NCBI GenBank assembly: GCA_016926735.1
Contig: JAFGOA010000238.1
Span: 1 to 31,983, forward strand
Reading direction: 5' to 3'
DNA length: 31,983 bases
Source of the DNA: Promethearchaeota archaeon
GTDB taxonomy: Archaea > Asgardarchaeota > Lokiarchaeia > Sigyniarchaeales > SOKP01
Position numbers and translations under genes: made by a program. Within the stretch, counting starts at the first letter, position 1; each line of letters opens with the position of its first letter. The notes under the pieces were generated by a model, which was not told the origin of the DNA, searched no databases, and saw only the letters and a program-made list of their open reading frames with translations. Positions 1-9,534 of the stretch are shown here, piece after piece.

Positions 1-498
1 AATATCACATAGAAATATAGAAGCGTAATAAATCTATTTATATAATGTCCAGATTTGTCTAAAAAATTCTCAACTATGAAATAACACCTGTTATATTTAA
101 AATAAAAAAGGATTGTCTAATAGATTAATAGTTTTCAGTTAAAATAAAAATCATCACGTTCATATATATGGGGAGAAAAACAAATGTTTCTATAGTCCAA
201 TTAATTGTTAATAAAATCATTCATAATTCTCTATAAATTTAAATTCCTTTTTTCAATCAAATGAAGAAATTTATTATTTTTAAAGATATTTTTTTCTTGA
301 TTTTAATATTATGAATTTTAATTCAGAAAAATACAATTATAATAAAACCGCCCAAATTACAATAAATAAGTGTATAATCATATAGATGCACGATATAATT
401 ATGAAATTTACCTCATAAAATTGGACTCTAAATCTTTTATATAATAATAAGGATTTAGAATAAAATAAAAGATTGACCCATGAAAAGGAAATTAAAAT

Positions 499-1110
499 AT
501 GGATAAAAATGAAAATTCTGAAATACAAAATCCTTTTTTTTTAAAGAATTGTAGAATGATTAAACAATTATTTATTCTAAGTTTAATCGGAACAAGTTGT
601 ATAATTATTTATCTGCTAATTAATATTCTAATATGGTTTAAATTTTATGATTGGAATATTCCTAATGTATTCATCAGAATCTTTAATTTAATTATTCAAT
701 CTCCATTAAATCTCATACTAGGGACTGGAATAATAATATTTGCTATTATTAATTTATCTAAAATAAGTTCACAATTCTCTTATACCTATGATCAAAATCA
801 TCAAATAAAAAATATGATCACAAATGGTTATTATTCAAAAGTTCGACATCCAATGTATTCCATGTTTATGATTATTATTCTTGGTGTTTTTTATATTTGG
901 GAATCTATTATAATTCCATTTTTTGCTTTTATAGTAATGAGTTCAACTGCTCTCAATGGAATATATGAAGAATATAAAATACTTATTCCAAAATTTAAAG
1001 CAGATTATTTAAAATATATGGATTCTGTTCCTAATCGTTTTTTTCCACTATCCTACAAATGTATATTATCTATTTTTATTAGCGTTTATATTATTGGATT
1101 ATTCTTTTAA
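499..1110 (+). CDS. Isoprenylcysteine carboxyl methyltransferase/PEMT-family membrane methyltransferase
   Basis: Several hydrophobic segments, the family motif ITNGYYSKVRHPMY, and a C-terminal EE..L...F...Y..Y...VP.RF pattern. The true start may be the Met at 556. Confidence 0.8.
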   Translation: MDKNENSEIQNPFFLKNCRMIKQLFILSLIGTSCIIIYLLINILIWFKFYDWNIPNVFIRIFNLIIQSPLNLILGTGIIIFAIINLSKISSQFSYTYDQNHQIKNMITNGYYSKVRHPMYSMFMIIILGVFYIWESIIIPFFAFIVMSSTALNGIYEEYKILIPKFKADYLKYMDSVPNRFFPLSYKCILSIFISVYIIGLFF

Positions 1111-1298
1111 AAATTCAAACCTTATATTTAGAAATAATCATTAGTTAATGAAAATTTAGAAAAGAACAATTTCTTTATATCTTCTAATAGCGGATAAACA
1201 TATTGAAAGATGATAAAGATGTACTTATAATCATTTTAGAATCGTTATAATTATTATCAAAAAATTATTTCGAATAATACAAATGATTCATAGATATG

Positions 1299-2456
1299 TT
1301 ATTTTTTCATTGATTCCACTATATAGTCTAAGATATATTTACTACCCTTATCCATTTGATTTTTATAATTAACATATTTAAAATTAAATATACATAAAGG
1401 ACAAGAAGATACTATTTCTTTAGTTTTCATTTTATCAAACAATTTTTTTCCGATTTTTATACATAAATTACTATCAACACCTCTAATTCCCGAACCAGCA
1501 CCACAACAAGGGCATTTTTGAGGTTCATTTGAAAGCTCGTTTATTTCTAAAATACATTTTTTTAAAAGTAATCGCGCTTTTTCAATAAGAGAATTATTTT
1601 TATATTTTCTTCCAAGCCTACAGGGATCATGATATGTTATCGATTTATTCAGAGGTTTGAGTTGTATTTTGCCTTCTTTCTCTAATTCATAAATTACATC
1701 TATAATATGTCTGATCCTAATATCATAATCATCAAAATATTTACGATAAACAGAATCAAATGCATACAAACATCCTCCGCAAGTGACAATTATATTGTTT
1801 ATGCCTAATCTCTTAAATAATTCAATATTTTCTTTAAATATTTTTTTAGCTACATCTAATTTTCCTGCTGAATATATATATTCTCCACAACAAGGTTCTT
1901 TTTTTAAAATTTTAAAATTAAAATTAGCCTCTTTTAATATTTGGTAAGATTTAGTTGCACTTTCTTTAACTTTAAATGATGACATACATCCAAAAAATAA
2001 AAGGGTATCAGAATCTTTTTTTTCAAATAACTCATTTTTCTCATACTCTTTTGGTAACCAATTTAGTCTCTCTTCAGGATTTCCTCCAACAGAATTATTT
2101 TTTTCAATAATTCCTTGAATGATTTTTTCATGAATCTTTAAAGGTCCTATATTATTATCAACTAATCTGACTTTGGATGCGTGTATAATATCACTAATGT
2201 TAATGTTTTGTGCGCAAATTAAGTCACACATTGCACATAAAGTACAAGTATAAATACTTATAAGCTCATTCTCTGAGATTTTCTTATTTAGAAAAATACT
2301 TTCAGCTATTTTCAATCTTCCATTAGGTGATTGAACTTCATTTTTTGTAATAATAAACGTATCACACTTTTCTATACAATTTTTGCAATCTATGCAGGAT
2401 CTTATATCTTTTAATATCTCATTATCATCCATAATTAAGTTCCATAAGTAAATCAA
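1299..2456 (-). CDS. Fe-S oxidoreductase (GlpC/HdrD-like) with 4Fe-4S dicluster and two CCG domains
   Basis: CIDCKNCIEKC and CTLCAMCDLIC ferredoxin motifs, plus FFGC...EPCCG...VTCGGC and YHDPC...CCGAG...SSCPLC CCG-domain motifs. The true start may be MDDNE at 2432. Confidence 0.85.
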   Translation of the reverse strand: MIYLWNLIMDDNEILKDIRSCIDCKNCIEKCDTFIITKNEVQSPNGRLKIAESIFLNKKISENELISIYTCTLCAMCDLICAQNINISDIIHASKVRLVDNNIGPLKIHEKIIQGIIEKNNSVGGNPEERLNWLPKEYEKNELFEKKDSDTLLFFGCMSSFKVKESATKSYQILKEANFNFKILKKEPCCGEYIYSAGKLDVAKKIFKENIELFKRLGINNIIVTCGGCLYAFDSVYRKYFDDYDIRIRHIIDVIYELEKEGKIQLKPLNKSITYHDPCRLGRKYKNNSLIEKARLLLKKCILEINELSNEPQKCPCCGAGSGIRGVDSNLCIKIGKKLFDKMKTKEIVSSCPLCIFNFKYVNYKNQMDKGSKYILDYIVESMKK

Positions 2457-2588
2457 TTTGTTTAATATTTAATAATATAAGATTTATCAAGATTTTATAA
2501 TTTTAATTTTGAATAATATAATAAATAACACTAAATTATAAAATAGTATGAACTTTAATTGATAACAAATAATTTATAATTTTTATAT

Positions 2589-3200
2589 ATGACAGACTAT
2601 ATTGTAAAACCAATTGGTATTGTAAAAAGTAAATTAGATAAAGAAATCTTAAAATATGCAAATAAAGATATAAAAATAGATATAGATACAGCTATAGAGC
2701 AAGGAAGCGATTTTAGTATTTCTAAGATAATAATAAATGAAGAATATTTAAAATGCTTGGATGGGATTGAGGATTTTTCTCATATTATTATCTTTTTCTG
2801 GACTCATACTATTCCCGATAAAGCCCGTCAAATTCAAAAAGTACATCCTGCAGGATTAAAGGATATGCCAATGAAGGGTATTTTTGCTACACGTTCGCCA
2901 GTAAGACCTAATCCAATTTGCATAACTACTGTTAAACTAATTGAGAGAAAAGGAGAAACCCTAATTGTAGAGGGGTTAGATGCAATAAATAATACCCCTG
3001 TGGTTGATATAAAACCTCATATACCATTTTATGACTCTCCTCTTAATATTAAATTAGCAGATTGGATGTATATTTTAATGGATAAATTAAAAAAATTAAC
3101 AGATAAATCAGAGCATAATAAATATTCGACCCCATATTCTTTTGATATACGTGCTCATCCCTGTATACATTCTGATCAAAAAAATATAAATAATAATTAG
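2589..3200 (+). CDS. trmO: tRNA (N6-threonylcarbamoyladenosine(37)-N6)-methyltransferase TrmO/TsaA (YaeB family)
   Basis: Signatures KPIGIV, LDGIEDFSHI, GIFATRSPVRPNPI and GLDAINNTPVVDIKP. Confidence 0.85.
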   Translation: MTDYIVKPIGIVKSKLDKEILKYANKDIKIDIDTAIEQGSDFSISKIIINEEYLKCLDGIEDFSHIIIFFWTHTIPDKARQIQKVHPAGLKDMPMKGIFATRSPVRPNPICITTVKLIERKGETLIVEGLDAINNTPVVDIKPHIPFYDSPLNIKLADWMYILMDKLKKLTDKSEHNKYSTPYSFDIRAHPCIHSDQKNINNN

Positions 3201-3230
3201 AAATCTTTTGTTAATCTTTGTAAAATAATA

Positions 3231-4304
3231 TTAAAGTATTTTCGAGAAAAATAGCTTTGCTTTTTTATATATTGGCAACAAGTCTAAATACTTATTTACT
3301 AATTTTAATATTTTGTCATAACCATTAAGTTGTTTAAGATTTTTTTCACCATTAATCAATTCTGATTTAATATTCTTAAATTCCTCTTCCCATTTCATAA
3401 TTTCTTTTAAAGAATTAAAACCTGACTGTAGAAAAGAATTATGAATAGAAGTCATAGAGTAAAAAATTTGTTTTTGTTGTTTTTTTGGAATTAAATTTCC
3501 ATATTCATTCTTATTTAATTTTTCTATAAGTTGCTTTTTTACAAGGGAATTTATTACTTGTGATACTTTCCCAAATGATAAACCTGTGAGTTCTCTTATT
3601 TTCTCTTGAGTTAAAACTTTTCTTGTAATAAAATATACATAAATAATTAAAAAAAATTCATTTAAAGTAGAGTAGACAGATTCATAAAGATAAAAATCAA
3701 TTATCTCTTGTTCTATTTTCTTTATACTAGGATCAAATTCTTGGTATATATTTTTTATATCATCTCTAGTTATGGATTTTTGTGGAATTTTTTTGTTATC
3801 AATATCTATTGGACTTGCCGGATCTTGAATAATATCTAATATTTCATGATATAATTCGAATATTTCCACAGCATCCTTTAATCTATTAAGAAGTAGATTA
3901 TAACCATTTATATTTTTAATACTAATATTCTCTAAAGCATTTATTTTCTCTTTAAAAAACCTAATTTCATTTGTCACTCTTCCAAGAGTCTCATCTATTG
4001 ATTCTTGGGTAGGAAAGGCTGAAAAATAATTATATTCTCTTGATTTGAGAATTTTTTCTTTTTTTATATATCCAATATTGATTAAATTGGATAAGCTAGT
4101 TGAAATAGTTGAACTCGAAAATTTAGTTAATATTTTTAGCTTTTTTTGTGTTAAATTTCCATAAATATTTAAATATGCTAAAATTTTGGCTAATACTCTT
4201 GATTGTTCATTAAAATTTGCTTGTTCAATATAGTATCTAAGTACTATTCTTTCAAAATCACGAATTCTTCCTTTAAAAAGAAAATTTTCATCTTTTTCTT
4301 TCAT
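3231..4304 (-). CDS. Transcriptional regulator with two tandem MarR/GbsR-like winged HTH domains
   Basis: Two homologous halves: LTQKKLKILTKFSSSTISTSLSNLINIGYIKK and LTQEKIRELTGLSFGKVSQVINSLVKKQLIEK. Confidence 0.75.
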   Translation of the reverse strand: MKEKDENFLFKGRIRDFERIVLRYYIEQANFNEQSRVLAKILAYLNIYGNLTQKKLKILTKFSSSTISTSLSNLINIGYIKKEKILKSREYNYFSAFPTQESIDETLGRVTNEIRFFKEKINALENISIKNINGYNLLLNRLKDAVEIFELYHEILDIIQDPASPIDIDNKKIPQKSITRDDIKNIYQEFDPSIKKIEQEIIDFYLYESVYSTLNEFFLIIYVYFITRKVLTQEKIRELTGLSFGKVSQVINSLVKKQLIEKLNKNEYGNLIPKKQQKQIFYSMTSIHNSFLQSGFNSLKEIMKWEEEFKNIKSELINGEKNLKQLNGYDKILKLVNKYLDLLPIYKKAKLFFSKIL

Positions 4305-4351
4305 TTATTATATAAAAATATGTTTTTAAAATATTTATACTTTTTTTATAA

Positions 4352-4432
4352 TTCGATTTTAGTGAAAACACTTAAATAGTAAGTTAAATATATCTTTTAT
4401 AGAGCTTTTCTATATTTCGAATTTCATGAAAA
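4352..4432. promoter_or_regulatory. Two putative operator boxes in the divergent promoter of the wHTH regulator
   Basis: ttcgattttagtgaaaa (4352-4368) and ttcgaatttcatgaaaa (4416-4432) form a 17-bp direct repeat with 3 mismatches. Each has TTC...GAA dyad ends. Confidence 0.45.
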
Positions 4433-4458
4433 GTTAATATTATTAATAATCAATAATA

Positions 4459-4752
4459 ATGATAAAAATGGAACCAATAGAATGGATATTTACAATAATA
4501 TCTTTTGCTTCATTTTACTTTTTTATAAGTAAGAAAGCAGGTGAAGCCAAATTTAGAATTATAGGACTAATATTATCTATAGTTATAAGCATATTAGTTT
4601 CTATTTTTAGTTTTTCAATTGGTGTATTAAGTATAGGAATTATTAATGTTTGCTATGTCTTTTTAACAAGTATTGGTATAATAAATTGTTATTTGGAAAT
4701 TAAAAATAATAGAATTAAACTAAAAAGTGAACTACAACGCCCTAAACAGTAG
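4459..4752 (+). CDS. Small membrane protein (about 3 TM helices), hypothetical
   Basis: Hydrophobic 97-aa ORF transcribed divergently from the regulator and filling the gap between genes. Confidence 0.65.
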   Translation: MIKMEPIEWIFTIISFASFYFFISKKAGEAKFRIIGLILSIVISILVSIFSFSIGVLSIGIINVCYVFLTSIGIINCYLEIKNNRIKLKSELQRPKQ

Positions 4753-4780
4753 TTTGTAAAAATTTTATACTCATCCAAAA

Positions 4781-5659
4781 TCATATTTTATTACTGTTAA
4801 CATTTATTGCACTGACTATTTTTTCTAATATATCGCGAGGTAAACTATGTCCCATTCCATCTAAAATTATTAGTTCTGCCCCAGGTATTGTTGATGCAAT
4901 TTCTTTCCCTGCTTCAATATTGTGTAATGGATCTTCTTTCCCATGAATAACAAGTGTTGGTGCTTTTATTGCGGAGATTTTCGGCTGAATATTACCAGGT
5001 ACTGCTGTTGCTGCCATTTGGCGAACTATACCTTCAGGATAGTAACATCTATCATATTCATTTGTTCTATATTCTCTTACTCTGTTTTCCTCAAAATCAA
5101 AATTCCCATAAATTAATCGATCACGTTTTACCATTTCTTCAATATATGCTTCTCGTTCAGAAGGAATTGGTGCAAAAAATTGAGCTAAGACCTCTGGATT
5201 TCCTTGTGGTAAAGAGGGATTTCCCGTAGTACTCATAATCAAATTTAGTGACAGTACATAAGAGGGATACATATAAGCTATAATTTGGGCGATTAATCCT
5301 CCCAAAGAAGCTCCACATATATGTGCTTTATCAATATTCAAAGCATTTAATAGACCAATGGCATCATCTGCCATGTCTTCTAAAGTATATGGAAGATTGG
5401 GTTTCTCTCCACGAGTATAAGCATTTGCTATCTCCATCATATCTGGTACACCTGCATTATCAAATTTTGTTGATAATCCAGCATCTCTGTTGTCAAACAT
5501 AATGACAAAAAAGTCATTATCGACAAGTTTTTTACAAAATTCATCTGGCCAAGATATTAATTGACTGCCCAAACCTACTATTAATAGAATTGGTTTTGAC
5601 TCAGGATTCCCTAAGGTTTCATATTCAATTTCTATTAGATTAACTTTTGCTTTTGGCAT
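4781..5659 (-). CDS. Alpha/beta fold hydrolase (esterase-like)
   Basis: FDNRDAGLS, nucleophile elbow GASLGG, PTLVIHGKEDP (Asp) and GMGH (His). Confidence 0.9.
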   Translation of the reverse strand: MPKAKVNLIEIEYETLGNPESKPILLIVGLGSQLISWPDEFCKKLVDNDFFVIMFDNRDAGLSTKFDNAGVPDMMEIANAYTRGEKPNLPYTLEDMADDAIGLLNALNIDKAHICGASLGGLIAQIIAYMYPSYVLSLNLIMSTTGNPSLPQGNPEVLAQFFAPIPSEREAYIEEMVKRDRLIYGNFDFEENRVREYRTNEYDRCYYPEGIVRQMAATAVPGNIQPKISAIKAPTLVIHGKEDPLHNIEAGKEIASTIPGAELIILDGMGHSLPRDILEKIVSAINVNSNKI

Positions 5660-6056
5660 TATATCATTCTGCTTTTTTTCTTAAAAATCACATTTTACAA
5701 ATATCTGATATAGTAAAAATGAAATATGTATTATTATATTTATTTTAAAAATTTAGTATTTATTTTGAAAATTTATATACATTCGAGATCTAATTTAGTT
5801 TAAAGAACCACAACCATCAATTTATTTCTGGTAATTATCCTTTAAATCGGAATTAAGACCAATTGAATGCTAAGATTCTTCCATCAAGATTGAAATCAAT
5901 AATAAAGGTGAATTAATCTCAGTTTAATGTTGGAATGGCTTGGAGAAAAAGAGATAAGAAAAAATGATTTTATAAAAATATATAATACATCAAATGAATT
6001 ATATGTTATAGATTTCTTTTATATGGATCTTATTTTCCAATTCAATTTTAATAAAC

Positions 6057-8354
6057 TTGGGTAATATTATTATGACTTTATTAAATAAGAATGATAAATT
6101 CGTGTTTTTAGTTGGTGCGGGATGCTCGATGGATCCCCCTAGTCGATTACCTTCAGCTTTAGAGTTTGTACGCGAGATAGTGACTTTTTGTGCTCCTCCT
6201 GAAGAGTTTGAGACAATAATGAACCTTAATAGCTTAAAGTATGAGGCAATCGTAGAAATTGTAGAGAAAAGAATTGATAGAGATCTTATATTCTTGGATT
6301 ACTTGGAAACGAAAAAACAGCCAAACATCATTCATTTTTTCTTAGCAAATAATATCCTAAATAATAACAATGTGATAACTACTAATTTTGATTATTTGAT
6401 TGAAATAGCCTTGATTGAACTCCTCCCCAAAGGAGAAGAGCATGTAATAAGTCCCATAATAACTCAAGAACAATACTTAAACTTCCAAAAAGATGAAAAG
6501 ATCAATAATGTTAAAGATGCACATTTGTTTAAAATACATGGGTCAAAAAAAAATATAATCACTGGACAGGACACTTCTAGCTCTCTCGTGACCACCTTGT
6601 CAGCATTAGGAAAAAATAAAGAAGAAGGTAAAACATTTTCCATTGAGGCTTATAAGAAAGCTGCTTTGGAAAAAATAATTAATCAAAGAAATCTCATAGT
6701 ATTAGGATACTCCGGAAATGACGATTTTGACATTGCTCCGTTCATTAAAGAAGTAAAGACTTACAATAAAATTATTTGGATAGACCACGATAGATATAGG
6801 AACGATAAGGATAAAATTGAGATTGAACCTATTAGCTCAACAGTTAATAATAGTCCAAATGAGAAAATATCGAAGCAGGAACAATTCCTTAGAGAAATTT
6901 GCTCCTTACATGGCATTGAGATTATTAATGTTAAAGCAAATACTACATGGTATGTATCGGAGGTATTGTGGCCATCTTTATTGGAATCAACTCCTAAATT
7001 AGTCATTGAAAACGAAGATAATGCTGATGATCAAGACAACGCAAATATTAGTAGTTTTAGAGCTTATATGGAATCAATCTCCTCTTTTAACGAAATCGAT
7101 CAACTTACAAAACATCACTTTGCAATTGATGTCTATGACAGCGTAGGAGATTGGAAAAACGCTTTACATGTATCCAAAAAGGGATTAGAACTTGCGAGAG
7201 CAGAAAATAATGAAAAACAGATAGCAGAATTTATGATTCGGTTTGGTTATGAGCTAATAAACGATTCAAAATTAGAAGAAGCAATGAAAATGTTTTTAGA
7301 TGCTAAAATTAAATTTGAAAGGCTCAATGACTCCGAAGGTGTTGTTACTTCTTTATGTTCTTTGGGAAACATAGCTTTCTCCTTGTCTAATTATGAAGAA
7401 GCGAATAGGATATTCGACCAGGCTTATAACATGCGTGAGAGTATTAATAATCTTGAGGACTTAACTAATTTGTTGATTAATTTGGGTAAAACTCAACTTT
7501 TTTTGGGAAAATCCGAGTTAGCTTTATCAAAATATCGAGAAGCTTTGGACCTGGTGAATAGAACGGGAAATTTAAATACTAAAGCGTCTATTCTCAAGAA
7601 TATTGGCATTATCTATGAGGAAATTAAGGATTACAAAGATTCAATGCAATATCTTAAAGAATCATTTCAGATTCTAAAAATATTAGGAGATTCTAGAGGT
7701 TTAGTTGAATTATATCACATAATAGGAACACTCTGTTTGAATATGGAAGATTTTGATGGAACTCTTAACAATTATCTTGATGGAATAGCTTTGGCAATCA
7801 AGATAGGTCATGTGGATATGCAAGCCCAATTAGCAATCGAACTTGCAAAATACTACGACTCAATAGATGATGAAGATACTGCTACCCAATACTTTCAAGC
7901 TGCAATGGATCGATTTGATCAGGTTGGAAATATTGAGATTAAATTGTCCATTATAGGTGAAGTTGCGCTATCGTGTTATAACAAGGAAGCTTACGACGTT
8001 GCATTGGATTATTTTAATATGTGTTTAACAATGGCTCGTGAAGTTGATGATCTAATAAAAATAGTAACATATTTACATTGGATTGCTATGACTCATTCTA
8101 ATCTCACAGAAAACGAAAAGGCTTATAATATTTACTCTGAAATTGTAAGACTTCTTGAGAATACTAAGGATCTCACTCAAAAAGCGTATTTTTTACGACA
8201 AAAAGGAATAGCATGTTATAATGCCTCGAAAAATATTAATGAATCCATTAACCTACTCGAGCAATCTCTTTCTTTATATCAACAACTAAACTTAAAAGAC
8301 GCTGTAGAAGAATTGCGAGAGGACCTCAAGAATATAAAATCCGATTTAAATTAA
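6057..8354 (+). CDS. SIR2-family (SIR2_2-like) NAD-binding domain fused to a C-terminal TPR array
   Basis: N-terminal FLVGAGCS, ITTNFD, KIHGS and LGYSGND sirtuin motifs. The C-terminal half has repeated TPR-like helices (e.g. SLCSLGNIAFSLSNYEEA, LLINLGKTQLFLGKSELA, ILKNIGIIYEEIKDYKDS). Start is TTG at 6057 or ATG at 6072. Confidence 0.85.
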   Translation: MGNIIMTLLNKNDKFVFLVGAGCSMDPPSRLPSALEFVREIVTFCAPPEEFETIMNLNSLKYEAIVEIVEKRIDRDLIFLDYLETKKQPNIIHFFLANNILNNNNVITTNFDYLIEIALIELLPKGEEHVISPIITQEQYLNFQKDEKINNVKDAHLFKIHGSKKNIITGQDTSSSLVTTLSALGKNKEEGKTFSIEAYKKAALEKIINQRNLIVLGYSGNDDFDIAPFIKEVKTYNKIIWIDHDRYRNDKDKIEIEPISSTVNNSPNEKISKQEQFLREICSLHGIEIINVKANTTWYVSEVLWPSLLESTPKLVIENEDNADDQDNANISSFRAYMESISSFNEIDQLTKHHFAIDVYDSVGDWKNALHVSKKGLELARAENNEKQIAEFMIRFGYELINDSKLEEAMKMFLDAKIKFERLNDSEGVVTSLCSLGNIAFSLSNYEEANRIFDQAYNMRESINNLEDLTNLLINLGKTQLFLGKSELALSKYREALDLVNRTGNLNTKASILKNIGIIYEEIKDYKDSMQYLKESFQILKILGDSRGLVELYHIIGTLCLNMEDFDGTLNNYLDGIALAIKIGHVDMQAQLAIELAKYYDSIDDEDTATQYFQAAMDRFDQVGNIEIKLSIIGEVALSCYNKEAYDVALDYFNMCLTMAREVDDLIKIVTYLHWIAMTHSNLTENEKAYNIYSEIVRLLENTKDLTQKAYFLRQKGIACYNASKNINESINLLEQSLSLYQQLNLKDAVEELREDLKNIKSDLN

Positions 8355-8659
8355 TTTCCTTTTCACATGTCCTTCTTATAATCAATTCATAATATACTAA
8401 CCTTTAAAAATAATCATATTCTTGAAAATTTCTTATACTTAAGTTAAATTTTTTAAATAAACACAAAATCCACTAAAAAAAATACATTTCTTCTGCAAAA
8501 AAAGAATTAGTAGAAATATTAAAAATTTAAGAAAATAAAAATTTTGACTAATTTTTTTTTTGTTTTTATAAGTAGTACAAAAATATTTTATCTTATCAAA
8601 AATAATAAAAAAAATTGGACTAAATAACTGATAAATTTCTTTTTAAACATTTTTCAATT

Positions 8660-9316
8660 ATGACTTTATTTGATAATTTATATCCAATTAATAAAAAACA
8701 ACTTAAGGAAGTTAGTCTTGTTCTTGCAGATGCATTTTCTGAAGATGAAATGTTCAAAATTATGAAATTTAAAATTGAAGAAATTGCATTGATATATGAA
8801 ATTCTAACTAGGATATGTCTAAGATATGGTAATGTATATTTAACATCCAAAAATCTTGAAGGAATAATTGGATTTACTCCAGGTAATAAACATGCAACTT
8901 TATGGAGAACCATCCGTAGTGGTGCTATATTTCCAGGATTGAAATTAATGAAGCTTTTTGGAAGAGAAATGAGGAAAATTATGCAAGTAATTGAAAAAGA
9001 GAGAAAAGAACTTAATATTGGTCCATATATCTATTTTAGTGTAATTGGAGTATCTCAAAAAAATCAAGGAGAAGGATATGGAGGTAAATTAATAAAAGCA
9101 CTTATAGAAAAAGCAGATATTGAAGGGAAACCAATTTATCTTGAAACTCAAAATGAACCAAATGTAAAGATGTATGAAAAATTTGGATTTGAAATATTAA
9201 AGAAAATAGATATGAGTGCAATAGATTTTGATATTGATATTGAAAAATATGATTTTATGGAAGATATATCAAAATTGAATCCACATTTATGGTTAATGCT
9301 CCGAAAATGCAATTAA
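8660..9316 (+). CDS. GNAT-family N-acetyltransferase
   Basis: Acetyl-CoA motif IGVSQKNQGEGYGGKL, YLETQNEPNVKMYEKFGF, and C-terminal LWLMLR. Confidence 0.9.
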   Translation: MTLFDNLYPINKKQLKEVSLVLADAFSEDEMFKIMKFKIEEIALIYEILTRICLRYGNVYLTSKNLEGIIGFTPGNKHATLWRTIRSGAIFPGLKLMKLFGREMRKIMQVIEKERKELNIGPYIYFSVIGVSQKNQGEGYGGKLIKALIEKADIEGKPIYLETQNEPNVKMYEKFGFEILKKIDMSAIDFDIDIEKYDFMEDISKLNPHLWLMLRKCN

Positions 9317-9421
9317 TGCTTTATTGGTGATTTGAATTGTGATCTTTTAGAAATTATCCAAATTTCTTTATAAAAAGAATTCTCAGAATTTCATTTTTTG
9401 GTTTTCACAAATAACACAAAA
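9293..9421 (+). repeat. Dispersed intergenic repeat, copy A (includes the last codons of GNAT)
   Basis: ttgtgatcttttagaaattatccaaatttctttataaaaagaattc...ggttttcacaaataacacaaaa aligns with the other copies and end-to-end with 12740-12870. Confidence 0.8.
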
Positions 9422-9534
9422 TTTTCATTGTTGTATTGCTTAGAAAAATATATTTAATAAAATCTAATCCTTCGAATAAAAATATTTTTAACTTCTAAAA
9501 TCAATTCTATTAATGACCATAAGTAAAATCATAC

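Noticed and set aside
337-528. 63-aa hydrophobic ORF on the minus strand
   Set aside because: It overlaps the start of 499..1110, has no motif, and its composition is what AT-rich DNA gives by chance. A remnant cannot be excluded.
8440-8500. Possible tenth copy of the dispersed repeat (ttttaaataaacacaaaatcc...aaaaaaaatac)
   Set aside because: It is too short and too AT-rich to distinguish from background by eye.
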